Below, piece by piece: positions 24,201 through 37,100 of a DNA stretch of 64,000 nt. This stretch comes from Cyanophora paradoxa CCMP329 (lineage: Eukaryota > Plantae > Glaucophyta). The notes under the pieces were generated by a model. It saw only the letters and a program-made list of their open reading frames with translations, searched no databases and was not told the origin of the DNA. The number at the start of each line of letters is the position of its first letter. Within the stretch, counting starts at the first letter, position 1. Made by a program: the position numbers and the translations under genes. Location of the stretch: positions 62,001 to 126,000 of the forward strand of contig QPMI01000499.1 in assembly GCA_004431415.1 (NCBI GenBank), read 5' to 3'.

Positions 24201-25879
24201 CACCGGTGGCGGGAGGCGAGCTCCTCGAGGGCGGCCCGCGCGCGGTTGACCTCGCCGGCGTCCGGGAGCTCGGCCGCCGCGCCCTCGGACACCTTCTGCA
24301 TGCTGCGGGAAAGGGTCGGGCGGAGGCAGAGGCGAAGGGGCGTCAGGCGTCTCACCAGAGTACGACGGTGCGTCCGGAGGCGACGGCCTCGGCGGCCTCG
24401 AGGGTCGGGAGGAGGCAGCGGGAGCGCCCGTCCAGCGCGTAGAAGAGCGCCGGGCAGCGCCCCCGCGCCGCCGCGTCCCGCTCCGCCCCCGCCCCCTCCG
24501 CCCCCGTCGGGCTCTCCGCCGCGTAGAACGGCACGCCGGCGCGCTGCGGGGCGACCTTAGACGAAGCGGCGAGCAGGCCGGGCCGCGGGGGGTACTACCT
24601 TCAAGTAGGCCACGACCTCGCTGCTTGCGGAGGCCGTCCCGCCGATGTACACGCCGCCCGTCTCGTGGCCCTCGGCGCCCGGCGCGGCGCGGCTGCTGTT
24701 GCCGCCGGCCGAGCGGCGCGGGGCCATCTCATCGACCGCCTGCTTGTCCTTCACGAGCCCCACCAGGTCCGCTAGGCGCGCGCCGGTCGCCAGCGGCCGC
24801 ACGGGCTTCTCGTCCAGCGCGCCCCGCTCCGCCGGAACGCTCTCTTGCGGCTTGGCGGGGGCCGGCGGCTGGGCCGGGGCCGGCGCCTGGGACGGGGCCG
24901 CCGCCCTCGGGTCGTCGAAGGGATCGGCGGCCCGGTTGCCCCGCGAGAGATCGCGGGGCTCGTCGGCCGGGGCGCCCCCCGCGTACGGCTGCTTCCGCCC
25001 TGCCCGGTGCGCCGGCGCCGGCGGCCCGCGCTCGTCGTAGTAGCCGCGGGGCACCGCGCCGGCGGGGCCCCCGTAGTGGTCCCTGGGCGGCCCGCGCGGG
25101 TCGTCGTCGTACTCGTCCCACTGCTCTCCTTCCTCTCCGAAGTCGTCGCGGTAGAGCCCCGGGCCGTATGGGCGGCCGGCCATGCTGGGGCCACGGCCGC
25201 CGCCGTACGGGTCACGGAATCCGCCGCGGGGCGGGGGAGGGGCGCGGTCGCCGTGGCCGAAGCGCGAATCGTACTCCTCCGGGTACGCTTCCGCCTCGGC
25301 GTCAAATTCCTCGCCCGCCGCCCAGCCGGGCTCCTCCGGCGGGCCGCCCGCGCGGGCGCCGTAGCCGCGCTTGATCCGCTGGGCCTCGAACTCGCGCCGC
25401 TGAAGCTCAGCTTCTTCATCCTCGTAGCTGCGCTGGTACGGGGCCCGAGGCTGCGGCGCTGTCTCCGCCGGCGGCCGGTCGCGGTGCATCGGCCATGCTG
25501 CCGGAGCCCTCGCGCCACCTCGCCCAGGCGCTGCCGCGAAAGCCTGCGGCTGCGATCCATATCCCTGATCGTTCTCCAGCTCTTCGTAGAGCTCGTCACC
25601 CTCGCCGGCGAACCTGAGGAGAGAGGGGCGCCATCAAATTTCAAAGGCGGCGGAGCCAAAGCGGGCCCTCGCTCACTGGTCGTGGAGCTCGTGCTCCTCC
25701 GTGCCATAGAGCCTGCTACGCCTCACGGCCGCCTGATCGACACGGGCGGCGCGCGGCCCTCCATAGCCGGCCGGAGAAGCTCGCGGTTCGCGGCTGGCAC
25801 GCCAGTCGTAGTCGTCCGTATGGCCATATGAATGCTCTGCGAAGACGGGATCCTCGTCCGCGAACCTGCGGCGGGCCAT
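18276..25879 (-). CDS. Large protein with four Raw-type / nucleoside 2-deoxyribosyltransferase-like domains, low-complexity N-terminus and coiled-coil C-terminal region (multi-exon)
   Basis: ATG 25879 (MARRRFADEDP) splices into the 24557-25489 ORF. Four domains between ~24670 and ~21410, e.g. HVYLAG..|TWRREVAEPALQAAGLTYFNP..AKERAACVLSVVDGRARCLPAMVEAVELACNGRNVVLV. The downstream exon chain to 18276 is less certain. Confidence 0.75.
22626..22813 (-). repeat. Near-identical copy of exon 24351-24538
   Basis: ~188 bp with a single difference that I could find (CGGCCG vs CGTCCG). Confidence 0.9.
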
Positions 25880-25955
25880 CTCGCGGCAAAGTTTCGAATT
25901 TCGGGGTACAGGGCTTTGCCAGCTGCAAGGTCCTGTCAGCGCCCGGTACACCGCG

Positions 25956-28911
25956 ATGTCGGCCGACGGCGCCGACGAGCACGAGCTCTCGCCGATCGAG
26001 CTCCTCCCGCCGGAGCTCCTCCACGATATCTTGATCCGCTGCGACCTCCAGTCGCTCCTGGCCATCAGCGCTTCCAGTCGCCGCTTAGCCGCCGCCGCGC
26101 GGGAGCACTCCCTGTGGCGAGAGCTCCTGAAGCGCGAGGAGGACTCCGCGCCGTGCGAAGTCGGATCAGTCTCGTCCGCTCGGCGCGGCGGGGGGCCGCC
26201 AATAGCTGCGTACATCGTCAAGCGCTGCATCTTCCGCGCAGACGAGTCCATTCAGGCCGGCGATGCGCTAGCACGAGCCTGCCTCGCCTTCCTCGCGCTG
26301 TCTAGGAGCGGCTTTACGAGCGACGAGCTGGTCAAGGCTCGCCCCCTCGCGCACGCTCTTGCATCGCTGCAGATGTGCTGACCTCGTCGCAGCTGCTGTC
26401 GCGCTGGGCCTGCGACCCCGGGCATCGCTTTGCGATTGACACCAGCGGTGTAGAGATCGCCTCCGTTATCGACGCGCTGCTCTCCGTGGTGGGGCCGTTC
26501 CTGCTCGAGGAGCGGGTGCGCGTGCGGGATCTCGAAGAGCAGGAGTGGAGGGAGGATGCGTTCCTCGTACTGCCGAGCGGCATCCGCGCGGCCGTACTCG
26601 CCCGCGCTGGGATCCCCGATGGGCTCTTCGCCTCGGAAAGCCCCGAGAGCCTGCGCCTACACACAGTCATCGCCTCCACTTTCGGCAACACGGACCGTGC
26701 GCGCCCGCTGCGCCCCGCCCCCTCGCCGCCTCGCCCATGCTCCGAGCAGTGCACCCGCGCGCGGCGGAAACGCTCCTGTTCTCGCTGGTCAAGCTGGAGC
26801 GCTACGAAGCGGTCGCCTCCGGCCTCTCCCAGTGGGCCGTCTTCGAGGGGCTGTGGATCCGGGGCGCCGCGTGGGAGGACCCCGCGCTCGACAACATCGA
26901 GGGCCTGGAGACCGCCGCCGGCGGCCCGCACCCGTACCCCGGCGCGGCCGGCGCGCTGCAGGCCCGGCGGGACCTCCTATCGCACCTGCGGGCCTGCGAG
27001 AAGGCGCAGCCGGGCGCCCTGCGGAACGTGCTCCTGCGGCTCCGCGAGCAGGGGGCCGCCCCGCGGCCCGAGGAGGGCGCGGAGGGCCCCGCAGGGCGCG
27101 CCGCCCGCCTGGAGCGTGCCGTGCGCCTGTTCCGCCTGGGCCAGTTCGCCATGTGCTGCTTCCTGGGGCCGCGCCGGACTATGCACTTCCTCGCGCACCG
27201 CGAGCCCGTCGTGCGCTCCGACCGTCTCTCGTCCTTCTTCTTCCTCCTCTTGCCCTGACCCGCTCCCAGACGGACAACGAGGCAGGCCGCGCGGCGCAGC
27301 AGCTCTTCGGAGAGGCGCTGGAGCTCCTGCACGCGGCGGGCGCCTGCGGCCCCGGCGCGCCCCGCGAGGAGGCGCTCCTCTCGGCCTCCGCCGCCCACGA
27401 GGCGGGGTACTGCCTCTGGAACATGGGCCTGCACGAGGCCGGCGTGCCCCTCGCCCGCCGCGCCTTCGCGGCGCGCGCCGCCCTCCTAGGCCACGAGGAC
27501 GCCCGGGTGCGCTTCAGACCCCGGCAACGCTAGGCTTTCCACGCACTCAGACCTGACCTCGAACCCGCCCAGACCGCCGACTCGCTTTGCAAGCTGGCGC
27601 TGCTCCTGCACGACTCTTTGCACTTCGCCGACGCCGAGCGCTGCCTCTCCCGGGCCCTGGCCACCCTCCAGGCGCCCTTTATCCTTCTCATCCTTCGTCT
27701 TCGGGCTGTCTTGGCTGAGGCGCCGCGCAGGGACTCTTCACGCCGGCGCCGCCGCCGCCCGCCGCGCCCGACCGGGCGAGGGGCGAGCCCGCCAGCGGTC
27801 CCTCGACGCCCCCCGCGCAGCTGCGGCAGCGGGTGCGGCCCAACCGACCAACCAGCCAGCCAGCCCTCCCCCCCGCTGCCTCTGATCCAGCGCATGCAGC
27901 CGGCGTCGCCTGTGCAGGCGGGAGGCCCCGCGGATCCGGCGCCGGCCGGCTCCGGGCCCTCCGCGTCCGACAAGGAGCGGGCCTGGGCGCCCCTCTCCCC
28001 CGTGGACCCCGTGCGGGCGGTCCTGAAGCACTGCCGGGGCGCCGCGCTCCCGCCGGGGCACGAGGGGGGGGACTGGGCCGCCCTGGGCCCCATCCTCCCC
28101 CGTCCCCACGCCCTCCTCCCCCGCTGCCTCAACGACCTCGGCCGCCTCTACTCGTGCGCGGAATCCCGTACCCCCCTCCCTCGCTCCCCCCCTCCCCCCG
28201 AACGGGCCGCGCGCAGGGAGATGGGGCAGGCGGACGCCGCGCGGGACGCGCACGCCGAGGCCCTCGCCATCCGCGAGTCGACGCTGGGTGCCGTACCCCC
28301 CCTTTCTCCCCCCCCGCTCTGTTCTCACTACCCCTGTAGGCGTCGGGGCCCTCGACTGTTCTCAGAGCCTCCTGAATCTCGGCGTGCGCGAGCTCGACGG
28401 TATCCCTCCCCGGCCTCTCCCCCATTCTCCGCCGAGTCCGCGGCAGGGGGGGAGTACTGGTTCGCGTTCAAGGCGATCCAGCGTAGCGTGCACATCCGCA
28501 GCCGCTGCCTGGGTACCACCCTCTGCTTTCTCGATCCCTCGGCCTGGTCCGGTCCTCGCTGAGGGGCTCCCGCGGGCAGGCCCCGACCACGTGCTGACGC
28601 GGAACGCGGCGGACTGCCTCTCCCGGCGCTTCCGCCGCTTCCTCCTCACGCTGCTCCAGCAGCAGAACGTCAACATCGTCGCGACGGCGCCGGGGGAGGA
28701 GCCGGCCCCCGGCGGGGGCGGCGGCGGGGCCGGCGGCGTCGGCGAGGGCGCAGGGGCCGCCCCTGCCATGGAAGACGAGTGGGAGGATGAGGAGGAGGAG
28801 GCGGATGCGGGGGAGGAATCGGAGGGCGGGGAAAGCAGCGGGGGCGAGGGCATCGCCCTCCAGATCGGGCCGCCGCCCCCGGCGCCCCCAGGACCCGCCC
28901 ACTTCCCCTAG
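25956..28911 (+). CDS. F-box protein with NPHP3/NWD1-like helical region and kinesin-light-chain-type TPRs, acidic tail (multi-exon)
   Basis: F-box IELLPPELLHDILIRCDLQSLLAISASSRRL..LW. TPR-like segments ARRAFAARAALLGHED, CLNDLGRLY..HAEALAIRESTLG and RSVHIRSRCL|GPDHVLT. Confidence 0.8.
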
Positions 28912-29489
28912 CAGCAGTCCCGGTCGCCAGCGCCCGAGCCTGTAAGAATATTTCAAATTCGAGGCGGCTTCTCTCCGAACAGATTTGAATTCGAAGCTGT
29001 TAAGGCCGCTGTGCAATTGCAAGCACCGCCATGCGCAACGAGTTGTACATGTAGCTCAGCGGCTAGCGCTGCAGGTGCAGAAACGCCAACTTCGACGTCG
29101 ACCCAGATCCAGTGAACTCGGGGCCGGGGGCCCGCGCGACCCATTCCGGTAGAGGCCTGCAACTCCACGTGCACGTGCACCCCGTCCAAATCGGCCGAAG
29201 CATTTCATTTCGCAGCGAAGAACCTTATGTAATACTAGTAGACTAATAGCTGCAGAGTAAGATGCACAAGGTGGGACGACGGGAAACGAGAAGCGAGAAG
29301 GGACGGTAGGGGGAAAGTGGGGGGAGCGAGGGGGAGGGGGTCCGCCAACCTGCCCCGGGCGAAAAAGGAGATGACGGGATCGCAGGCGGAGGGGAATGGA
29401 AGAGAAGAGCGATTTTGCAAAGAAGAGACGAATGGACAACGGAGGGAGAGGTCTCAAAGAAAGGAAAAGGTTCGGGGGGATGCCGCGGT

Positions 29490-30776
29490 CTAGCCCTCGG
29501 CGTTCAAAACTCGGGCAACGTCGTCGACGTCGATCATAGCCTCCAATAGCGGTATCAAATCATACAATTCCCGGTCGCTGAGGTCGTCTGCAAGACTGTC
29601 AGCGCTCGGCAAACAACGGACAAGGGCCGGCGCACCAATGAACGAGCCGACGGGCACCGCATTCTGGGGCTGGAACATGTACGACGCGGGGGAGTTGTCA
29701 ACAATGATCGTCGAGCGCAGCTCCCGCCCGATCTTGGACAAGTCCTGCAGCGGCGCGGCTTAGCTACGCTGGGAGCTCAAGACGGCAGGCGGACCTTGAC
29801 GTAGTTCCCTTCGCAGAATTCGCATGCCTCGCGGAAAAGCCGATGCCTGATCACTTTGTATGTATCTAGCTTGTCCAGTAAAGGGTCCGCATACTGCGCC
29901 CCACACACCGCGTTCAGCAGACCTTCACTCGCCCGTGGAACCAGCGCTGACCTTCGCGAGACTGGCAGTGAACACGACGATCTCGAACTTCTCTCCCGTG
30001 CGCTTAAGAAACTGGTCCAGCCCTGGCCGCTTGAGCACATAGACAGGGTGGACCTCGTCGTCGATTTCGACCGGTATGACGATGTCCGCGTTGAAGATGG
30101 GCTGCGCAGGAAGCGAGCACACGTCAGGATATGCCACGAAGGGGTGTCGTGGCAGCGGACCTTGAAGCTACTATGTACAAGGGTCTCATCCAAATCCAGC
30201 ACAAGGGTCTTCCTCCCAACGTCGTCCGGGTGCGGCGGCGGGAGAAGCCACTTCTGTTCCTGTGCCTGTGCTTGCTGTGCCTGAGGTTGCGACTGCCCGG
30301 GACGTCAGCTGCTGCGACCGGGTTCACAGAGCTTTGCAGACCTTTTGTTTCGAAGCCCCATCAGGAGACGGCGGGAGCGACTGCAGGTCAAGCAGTGTCA
30401 GGGCTCAGGCTACAGAAGAAAGCGGACGCTGCCTTCACCTGCTCGGCCTGGTCCCTGTTTCGGCCGATACAGCAAAATAAGCGGGACATCAGACCGCGCT
30501 TTCTCCTGGGCGGTGGTGCTGCTGCGCATACGCCTGTCAATGACCGCAAAACCGGTCCCGCGGCTTCCCCCGCTGACCTGCGCCAGTGCGGTCCCCATTC
30601 TGGCTGGAGATGGACACTGGCTTGGGAGCTGGGGCGGGCCCCCTCAGAGGCCCTTTGTTGATATCCGGGTTGTCTACGGAGGCGATGAGGCTACTCAGCT
30701 TGTCCGCGCTACTGCTGCCTGCTGATGGGCCCGCGGATCCGTTTTGGGCGCTGCCGGCCCCGTTGGTCCCCGCCAT
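29490..30776 (-). CDS. CTD small phosphatase (SCP/CTDSP, NIF/HAD family)
   Basis: [32 protein letters not shown]|[21 protein letters not shown]|[17 protein letters not shown]. Confidence 0.93.
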
Positions 30777-31128
30777 CAGACCAGGCGCCCCGATATGGGC
30801 ACGCCGGACGCCGTCAGGACCGCCGCGGCCGTGACCCCCCTCGAATGCAAACCCTGTCGCGCCCTGCAACCTGGCCGCTAAGCTGTACCCCGTCTTCGAG
30901 CCCCCCCCCCGCCAGCGTGTCTTCTTGCACCGTGCCGCCCTCGCACCAGCCAGACGCAATCAGTGATTCTCAGCGTGCGGACCCTGTCCAGGACGTGTCA
31001 GCAGTAAGCCTGCCGTGTCGCTGCTCGGCTGCTTTGGCCTCACCGGAGTGCTGCGTACGCTCGAGTGGATCACTTTTGCAGCGTCGAATGCGTAGTCGAT
31101 AGCTGAGGGACAAGGTCCAGCGGGCGGG

Positions 31129-34100
31129 ATGCTGGCGCCTCGGCCAGCTGGAGTTCAGCCAGCAGCGCCGTCCAGCGGAGTGTGGGCAGCAACGCTTATC
31201 CTGCTGATATCGCTGGCATCTTCAGTGCACGGTGGAACAATCACGAACGTCCTGCCCTCGAGCGGTTCGTCCTGCTTAGTTCTCGCTAGCTACACACAGC
31301 TCTCACGCCCGCCTCGCCCGCCCGCGCCTGCTGACGTCGCTTTACTTCTCTCAGGTCCTTTGGCAGGCGGGAACGTGCGCCCAGCGCCCCCGCGCGACAC
31401 CCGCTGGTCGCCGCTGACGACCCGTGCTGCCGCAGACTATCACTCTAGCTGTAGACATCAACACAGCGCAGTCCACTTCCGATATCTCTTCCATAACATT
31501 TGGCGGAGCCTCAGCGACCAGCTGGTTCGCTGCCTCCTGTGTGGACTGCGCGGAAGCGCTAGCGGAATTCGAACCTGATCTTGCGGCGCAGGACGTATTC
31601 CAGCCAGCGTATCGTCGTCGCAGTACCGCCCCCGCCTGGCGGTTACACGGCGGGAACGGCGGTCAACATCGTCATCGTCTCCCAAACGTGCGTCGCGGGC
31701 CCCGGCGAGACCGCGCACACTGCCCTGCATCCCCTGCCGCGCGCTTATCCTCCGAACGCAGGCTCGGCACAACGCAAGCGTCGGGGGCGTACACGTACAA
31801 CCCGCCAACGACCATCACTTCGATCGTACCGACTTCAGCGGGCAATCAGGGTTCGCTGGGGAAAGCGCTGGGCGCTCCTCCAGCCAGCTCGCGCGCTGAC
31901 GAATGAATGGCTGGCGCGTCCAGGCGGGAGCGTGATCACGCTGTACGGGACGAACCTCCCGTTCTACGCCGACATAGTTTCCGTCACGATCGCGGGGGTA
32001 CAGGCGACTGCGACGCCCCTCTCGATCTCGGACAAGGGGGGTACCTTCATCCGCGTGACGCTGCCCACGATCTCCGCGGCGCTTGCCGGAAGCGTTAGCA
32101 TCACAGAAATCTCGACAACCTATGGTCCGTTCTTGGCTGGTATCCTCGAGAATTCCACCAGGGGGCCCGACGCGTACGCCCCCGGACGCAGGCACCGTCA
32201 CGGCATCGGGATTCACGCTGCTGGCAATCACTACCGTCACGCCGTCCTCCGGAGCCTACGCTGGGGGGTACCGTCTCCTCCGCTTCCTCGCCGCCCTCTC
32301 GCGACCGGTGACACCCCGCCGCGCAGGACGAGGGTGACGATCTCGGGCAGCTTCGCGAACGTCGTCAACAAGAACAGCGTGACGTCTGTCAAGTTCGGCG
32401 GGATCACCGCTACGGTCGAGCGGGCGTCGACGACGGAGATCGAAGTCACGACAGGTGCTGGGACGCCGGCGGACGACACGGTCTCCGTCGTCATCCTTAA
32501 CGGCGCACCCGTGACGAAGACCCTCGCCTACCGCTACGTCGCCCTCTCCGCCGTGGTCCCGATCATCAGCCCGACCGCCGGCCCCCTCGCTGGCGGGAAC
32601 GTCCTCACGATCTACGGCACCTTCGGCGTGACCATCGACGACGCCTCCGTCCTGTGCACGATCGGCGGCGTCACGGCGACCGTCGCCTCCGAGGCGGGCG
32701 GCGCGCAGCCGACGCAGGTCGCCGTCCGCGTGCCGGCGGGGGCCGCCCCGGGGCCGGTCTCCGTGACCATCAAGATCGGCACGGGCGCCACCATGACCTC
32801 CGGCCAGACGTACACGTACAACGTCGTCCCGCAGCTCGGCTCGATCGTCCCTTCCACCGGCGACTGGGCAGGCGGCAACACGGTGGTAGGCTTCCACCTC
32901 GCGCCTCGCTTTTGCGCCCCGGCCGACCCGCTCGCCCGCAGACGATCACGGCTGCGAGCGGCTTCGTGCTGGGGTCGGGCAGCGACATCCGAACGGTGGT
33001 CATCGGCGGCTTCCAGGCGACGTCGATCGTCAGCCAGACGACCACGAGCGTCGTGGCCGTCGTCGGCTCGGCGAGCTCTTCCGCCAGCGCCGGCCTGGCC
33101 TCCGTGGCCGTGATCAGCGACAGCTTCGGGCGCTCGACGGACCTGACGGGCCAGTACGCCTTCACGGCCATCACCGGCCTCTCGATCGTCAACGGCCCCC
33201 TCAACGTCGCCGGCGTATCCCTCACCATCACCGGCTCCTTCACCTTCGTTACGGGACCCTCCAGCGTGGCCGCCAGCATCCAGAGTGAGCACTGGCATCT
33301 CGCTCTTGTGCCACTCCCGTGCAATGACGCCCCTCGCAGGCCTGTCGGCGACTGTGACGGCTGCCAGCACGACCTCCATCCAGGTCACCGTCCCGTCCTC
33401 CGGGGCTGTGGCGGGCGTTGCCGACGTCAGCGTGTCCGTGATCCGCAACGGCAACACGGGCGGCCCGTCCGTGTCCGTCGCGGGCTATCACTTCATCTCC
33501 ATCATCAACGTGAACCCGCGCTCTGGTCCTTTTACCGGGGGCAACACCATCTCGATGAACGGCATCTACGACACACGCGCCAGCGCCGGCGCTTATTCCT
33601 GCGCTGTCGGTGGAGTCGCGGGGACCATATCCGGCACGGCCACGGGGTCTGTCGTCCGCTGCATCGTGCCCGCCGGAACGCCGGGAGCTGCGTGGCCAAC
33701 GGTGCAGACCGCGAACGGCGCTCCGATTACCGCCCCGCAAACGTACTCCTACGTCGCCGTCACTGGGGCGGTTCCCTCTACGGGCCCCGCGTCCGGCGGC
33801 AACACGGTAGGATTTCTCGCAGCTGCAGTGCGCGTGTGCGTCTCCCCAGAGTCTCACCATTCGTCTGCACAGGTCACGATTCAGGGAACCTTCATGAACG
33901 CGACTTCGACAGCCGTGACCTTCAACGGCGCCAGCGCGGCCGTCGTGGTCGGCTCCACCACAGCGACCCAGATTGTCGTCACCGCTCCAGTGGGCTCCGC
34001 GGGGAACGTCAATGTGAGCGTCGTCATTACGTCGGGCAGCGTCGCCACCGTGGCAGCTGTTTACTCCTACGTCTCCGTTTCCACACCGCTGACACCAACA

Positions 34101-37100
34101 AACGGTCAGCAGCGCATTGCTTGTGCTTCTTTGCGCTGCGCTCTGACGACCGGTATACGTAGGCCCTGTTGTCGGCGGCAACTCCATCACCATCGCGGGC
34201 TCCTTCCCCGGTGTCACATCGCCGGGCAACGTCGCAGTGTCGTTCAGCGGGTCTGTGATCATGAGCTGCGCTAGTCTATTGCAAGCGATCCAGCTGACAA
34301 GTGCGCAGGACGGCCGCGACCGTGACGAGCGCGTCGTCCACGCAGATCATCGTGACGGCCCCGAGCATGGTGCTGGCCGGCGCGGGCGCGAAGAGCGTGT
34401 CGGTCACTGTCCGCAGCGGCTCGCCCGTTACGCTGTCCAACGCTTACACATTCAACGCGGCCCCATCTATCACGAGTGTCTCCCCGGCCTCGGGGCCCTG
34501 GTACGGCGGAAGGAACGTCACCATCTCGGGCAGCAACCTTGGCAACGGCGCGGACGTCACCTCCGTGACCATCGGCAGCATTTCGTGCACAATTGTGTCA
34601 CAATCTTCGTCGTCCGTCATCTGCACGACGGGCTCGACGGGCTCATCAGGCGCCGCCGGCGCCTTCAACGTGACGATTGTCTCCTCCACCTTCGGCGTTA
34701 GCACTCTTGCATCAGGCTACGCGTACCAGGCCATAACGAGCATCTCTCCAAGGACAGCCGGCGCGACGGGGACCCATTCCATTGTGCGTGCACGCGTTTT
34801 CGCTCCGCTCTGCAGAAGTCTCACGCGCCTCTCATTGCTCGCTTAGACTATCACCGGCACGTTCGTCGGCGCATCGGGCGGCCCCTCCGTGACTGTGTCG
34901 TTCACCAAGCCACCAAGCACAACTGTCACAGTCGCAAGTGGCAGCATTTCAGCTGCGGACCGGACAACTATCATCTTTGCAGCCCCAGACGGCAGTAGCA
35001 TCACAGGAGACAACGACGTAGCGGTCGTGGTTGGCGCGGGCGACGCCGTTGTCCTTAGCTCGGGCTACGCGTGCGTCTTGATCTTGTTAACGTTTTAGCT
35101 CCACAACGCTAGCCATCTGAAAACGCGGCAGATTCTTGAGTCCGCTTGAAATCCAGCCAATAACCGGCGCGTATGCGGGAGGCAACTCTGTCACGCTTTC
35201 TGTGAGTGGTGCGCTTTAGATATCAATCTGATCTGAGCCGCCGAGTACAGGGCACCTGGGGAACGATCTCCGCGAGCGACTCTGTTACTGTCCTGTTCGG
35301 GAACACCCCCGTCGACTTATTCACTGGGATCGTTTCTCGCTCTCCGGTGCTTCAGATCATCAAGTTAGCGATCATCCTGCCGTGTACTGACTTCACCCTC
35401 GCTCGCAGCTCGTGGTCAGAAGCCCCGCGCGCAATGCTGCAGGCGCGGTGAATGTGACGATGAAACTGCGCGACCCGGCGGAGTTCGTCCTGGTCGGAAC
35501 ATTTACGTACAATGCCCGTGCGCTCTCCCTCTCGCATTAACAATGCCAGCGCTAAGCTCGCGCATGCGGGCGGCCTCCTCAGAACCGTCAATCGCTTCAG
35601 TGACTCCTTCAACCGGCCCCGCCTCCGGATCGTACCGGATCACGATCGCGGGTACAAACCTCGCGGCAGACTCTGGGGACGTGACGAGCGTGTCGATCGT
35701 CGGATTCTCGGCCACGGCTGTCTTGAATCTGGCGTCCAAGACCTCGGTCGTCGTGCAGCTGGCAGTGCCATCGTCAAATTCGTCGTTCGTCGGCATCGGA
35801 AACGTCGTGCTCACTTCAACAACCTACGGAACAAGGTGACCTTTGATCTTAGCAGCTCATTTTCTTTCTGATGTGCTGATCGAATTTCGTCCAGCGTCGG
35901 CACGAACAGGTTCACCTTCGTGTCGGCTAACTCCATCACGCCACGAAATGGTGCCGTAGAGTCTTACAACCGACATGTGTCGGCTCGTTCTGATGATGAA
36001 ACCACAGGCGGATGGAACGCTGCCGCCGCCTTGACCACGTCAGGCTCGACCTCCAAATCGATTACTATTTCCGGCTACTTCGGCGCCACCACGCCGTCGT
36101 CTGCACGTCTGATCGTGAGCATCTACATTGCACATTCTTTGCTCTGATGCTGGACTCTGATGATCGCTCAAAATGACTGGCGTGCCCCAGATGATTGCTT
36201 CTGGCTATTCTACCGCTTTTGTGACAGCTAACTCGCCGCTCTCGACCACGTCCCTTGTCTTCAACCTTCCCAGCATTGCCTCTTCAAGTCGTGCAGGCTA
36301 CGTCAACGTCAGTCTTGCTGTCGTTTTCGGTACCGGCGCCAGTGCCAACGTGGGCCAACCGATCATAATGCCAAACGTGCGTGTGCCCCTCGCTTCAGCT
36401 CTCCGGCCTTTCTGAGTCCGCGCAGGCGTTCTACTACACGCGCATCACGTCATGCGTGCCCTCGTCCATGCCGCTCTCAGGCGGATTGACGGTCACGAGC
36501 ACCGGCCTCTTTGACATCAACCCCACCGTTGCAGACGTTACCGTGGACGTGCAAGTTCCGCCGTCATCGCTATCCACTGTGTGGAACCCCGCCACGGTCC
36601 TATCGGCCACTTCTACAACGATCACTTGGATAGCTCCGAACTCAACGGCGGCAGGGAGATCGAATGTTCGAATAAGGGCGCGCTCTTCCCCAAACACAAT
36701 GATAATGTCTCCCCTCGTGCTTACGGTCGCAGCAGGTGTTTAATGGTATTTACGTGTCATCGTGGATTTCAGACATTTCTGGAACGGGCATTGCATACAA
36801 TTCCATCACCGGAATCACCCCCAGCTCTGGACCAAGTGTCTCTGCAGCCGCTGCCACGGTCAGGTTTTCAAATGGATCCAGCCGAGAAGCGCTCGCTGAC
36901 ATGCTGTGTAGATTACAGTTTCTGGAATCTTTTCGTCGGCATCGGGTGTCCCACAAACCGCCTCCACAGTTGTCCAAGTGAACGGCGCGACGCGAACTAC
37001 TCTATCTGCCTCAGCCAGCTTAATCACCTTTTTGCTACCCGCTGGAACCTACACTGAGGGATTTGCTAACATATCGGTGCGTGACGCATTCGCTTTCAGA

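Noticed and set aside
28400-28447. U12-type intron (GTATCCCT donor)
   Set aside because: Mismatch to RTATCCTT and no CCTTAAC branch site.
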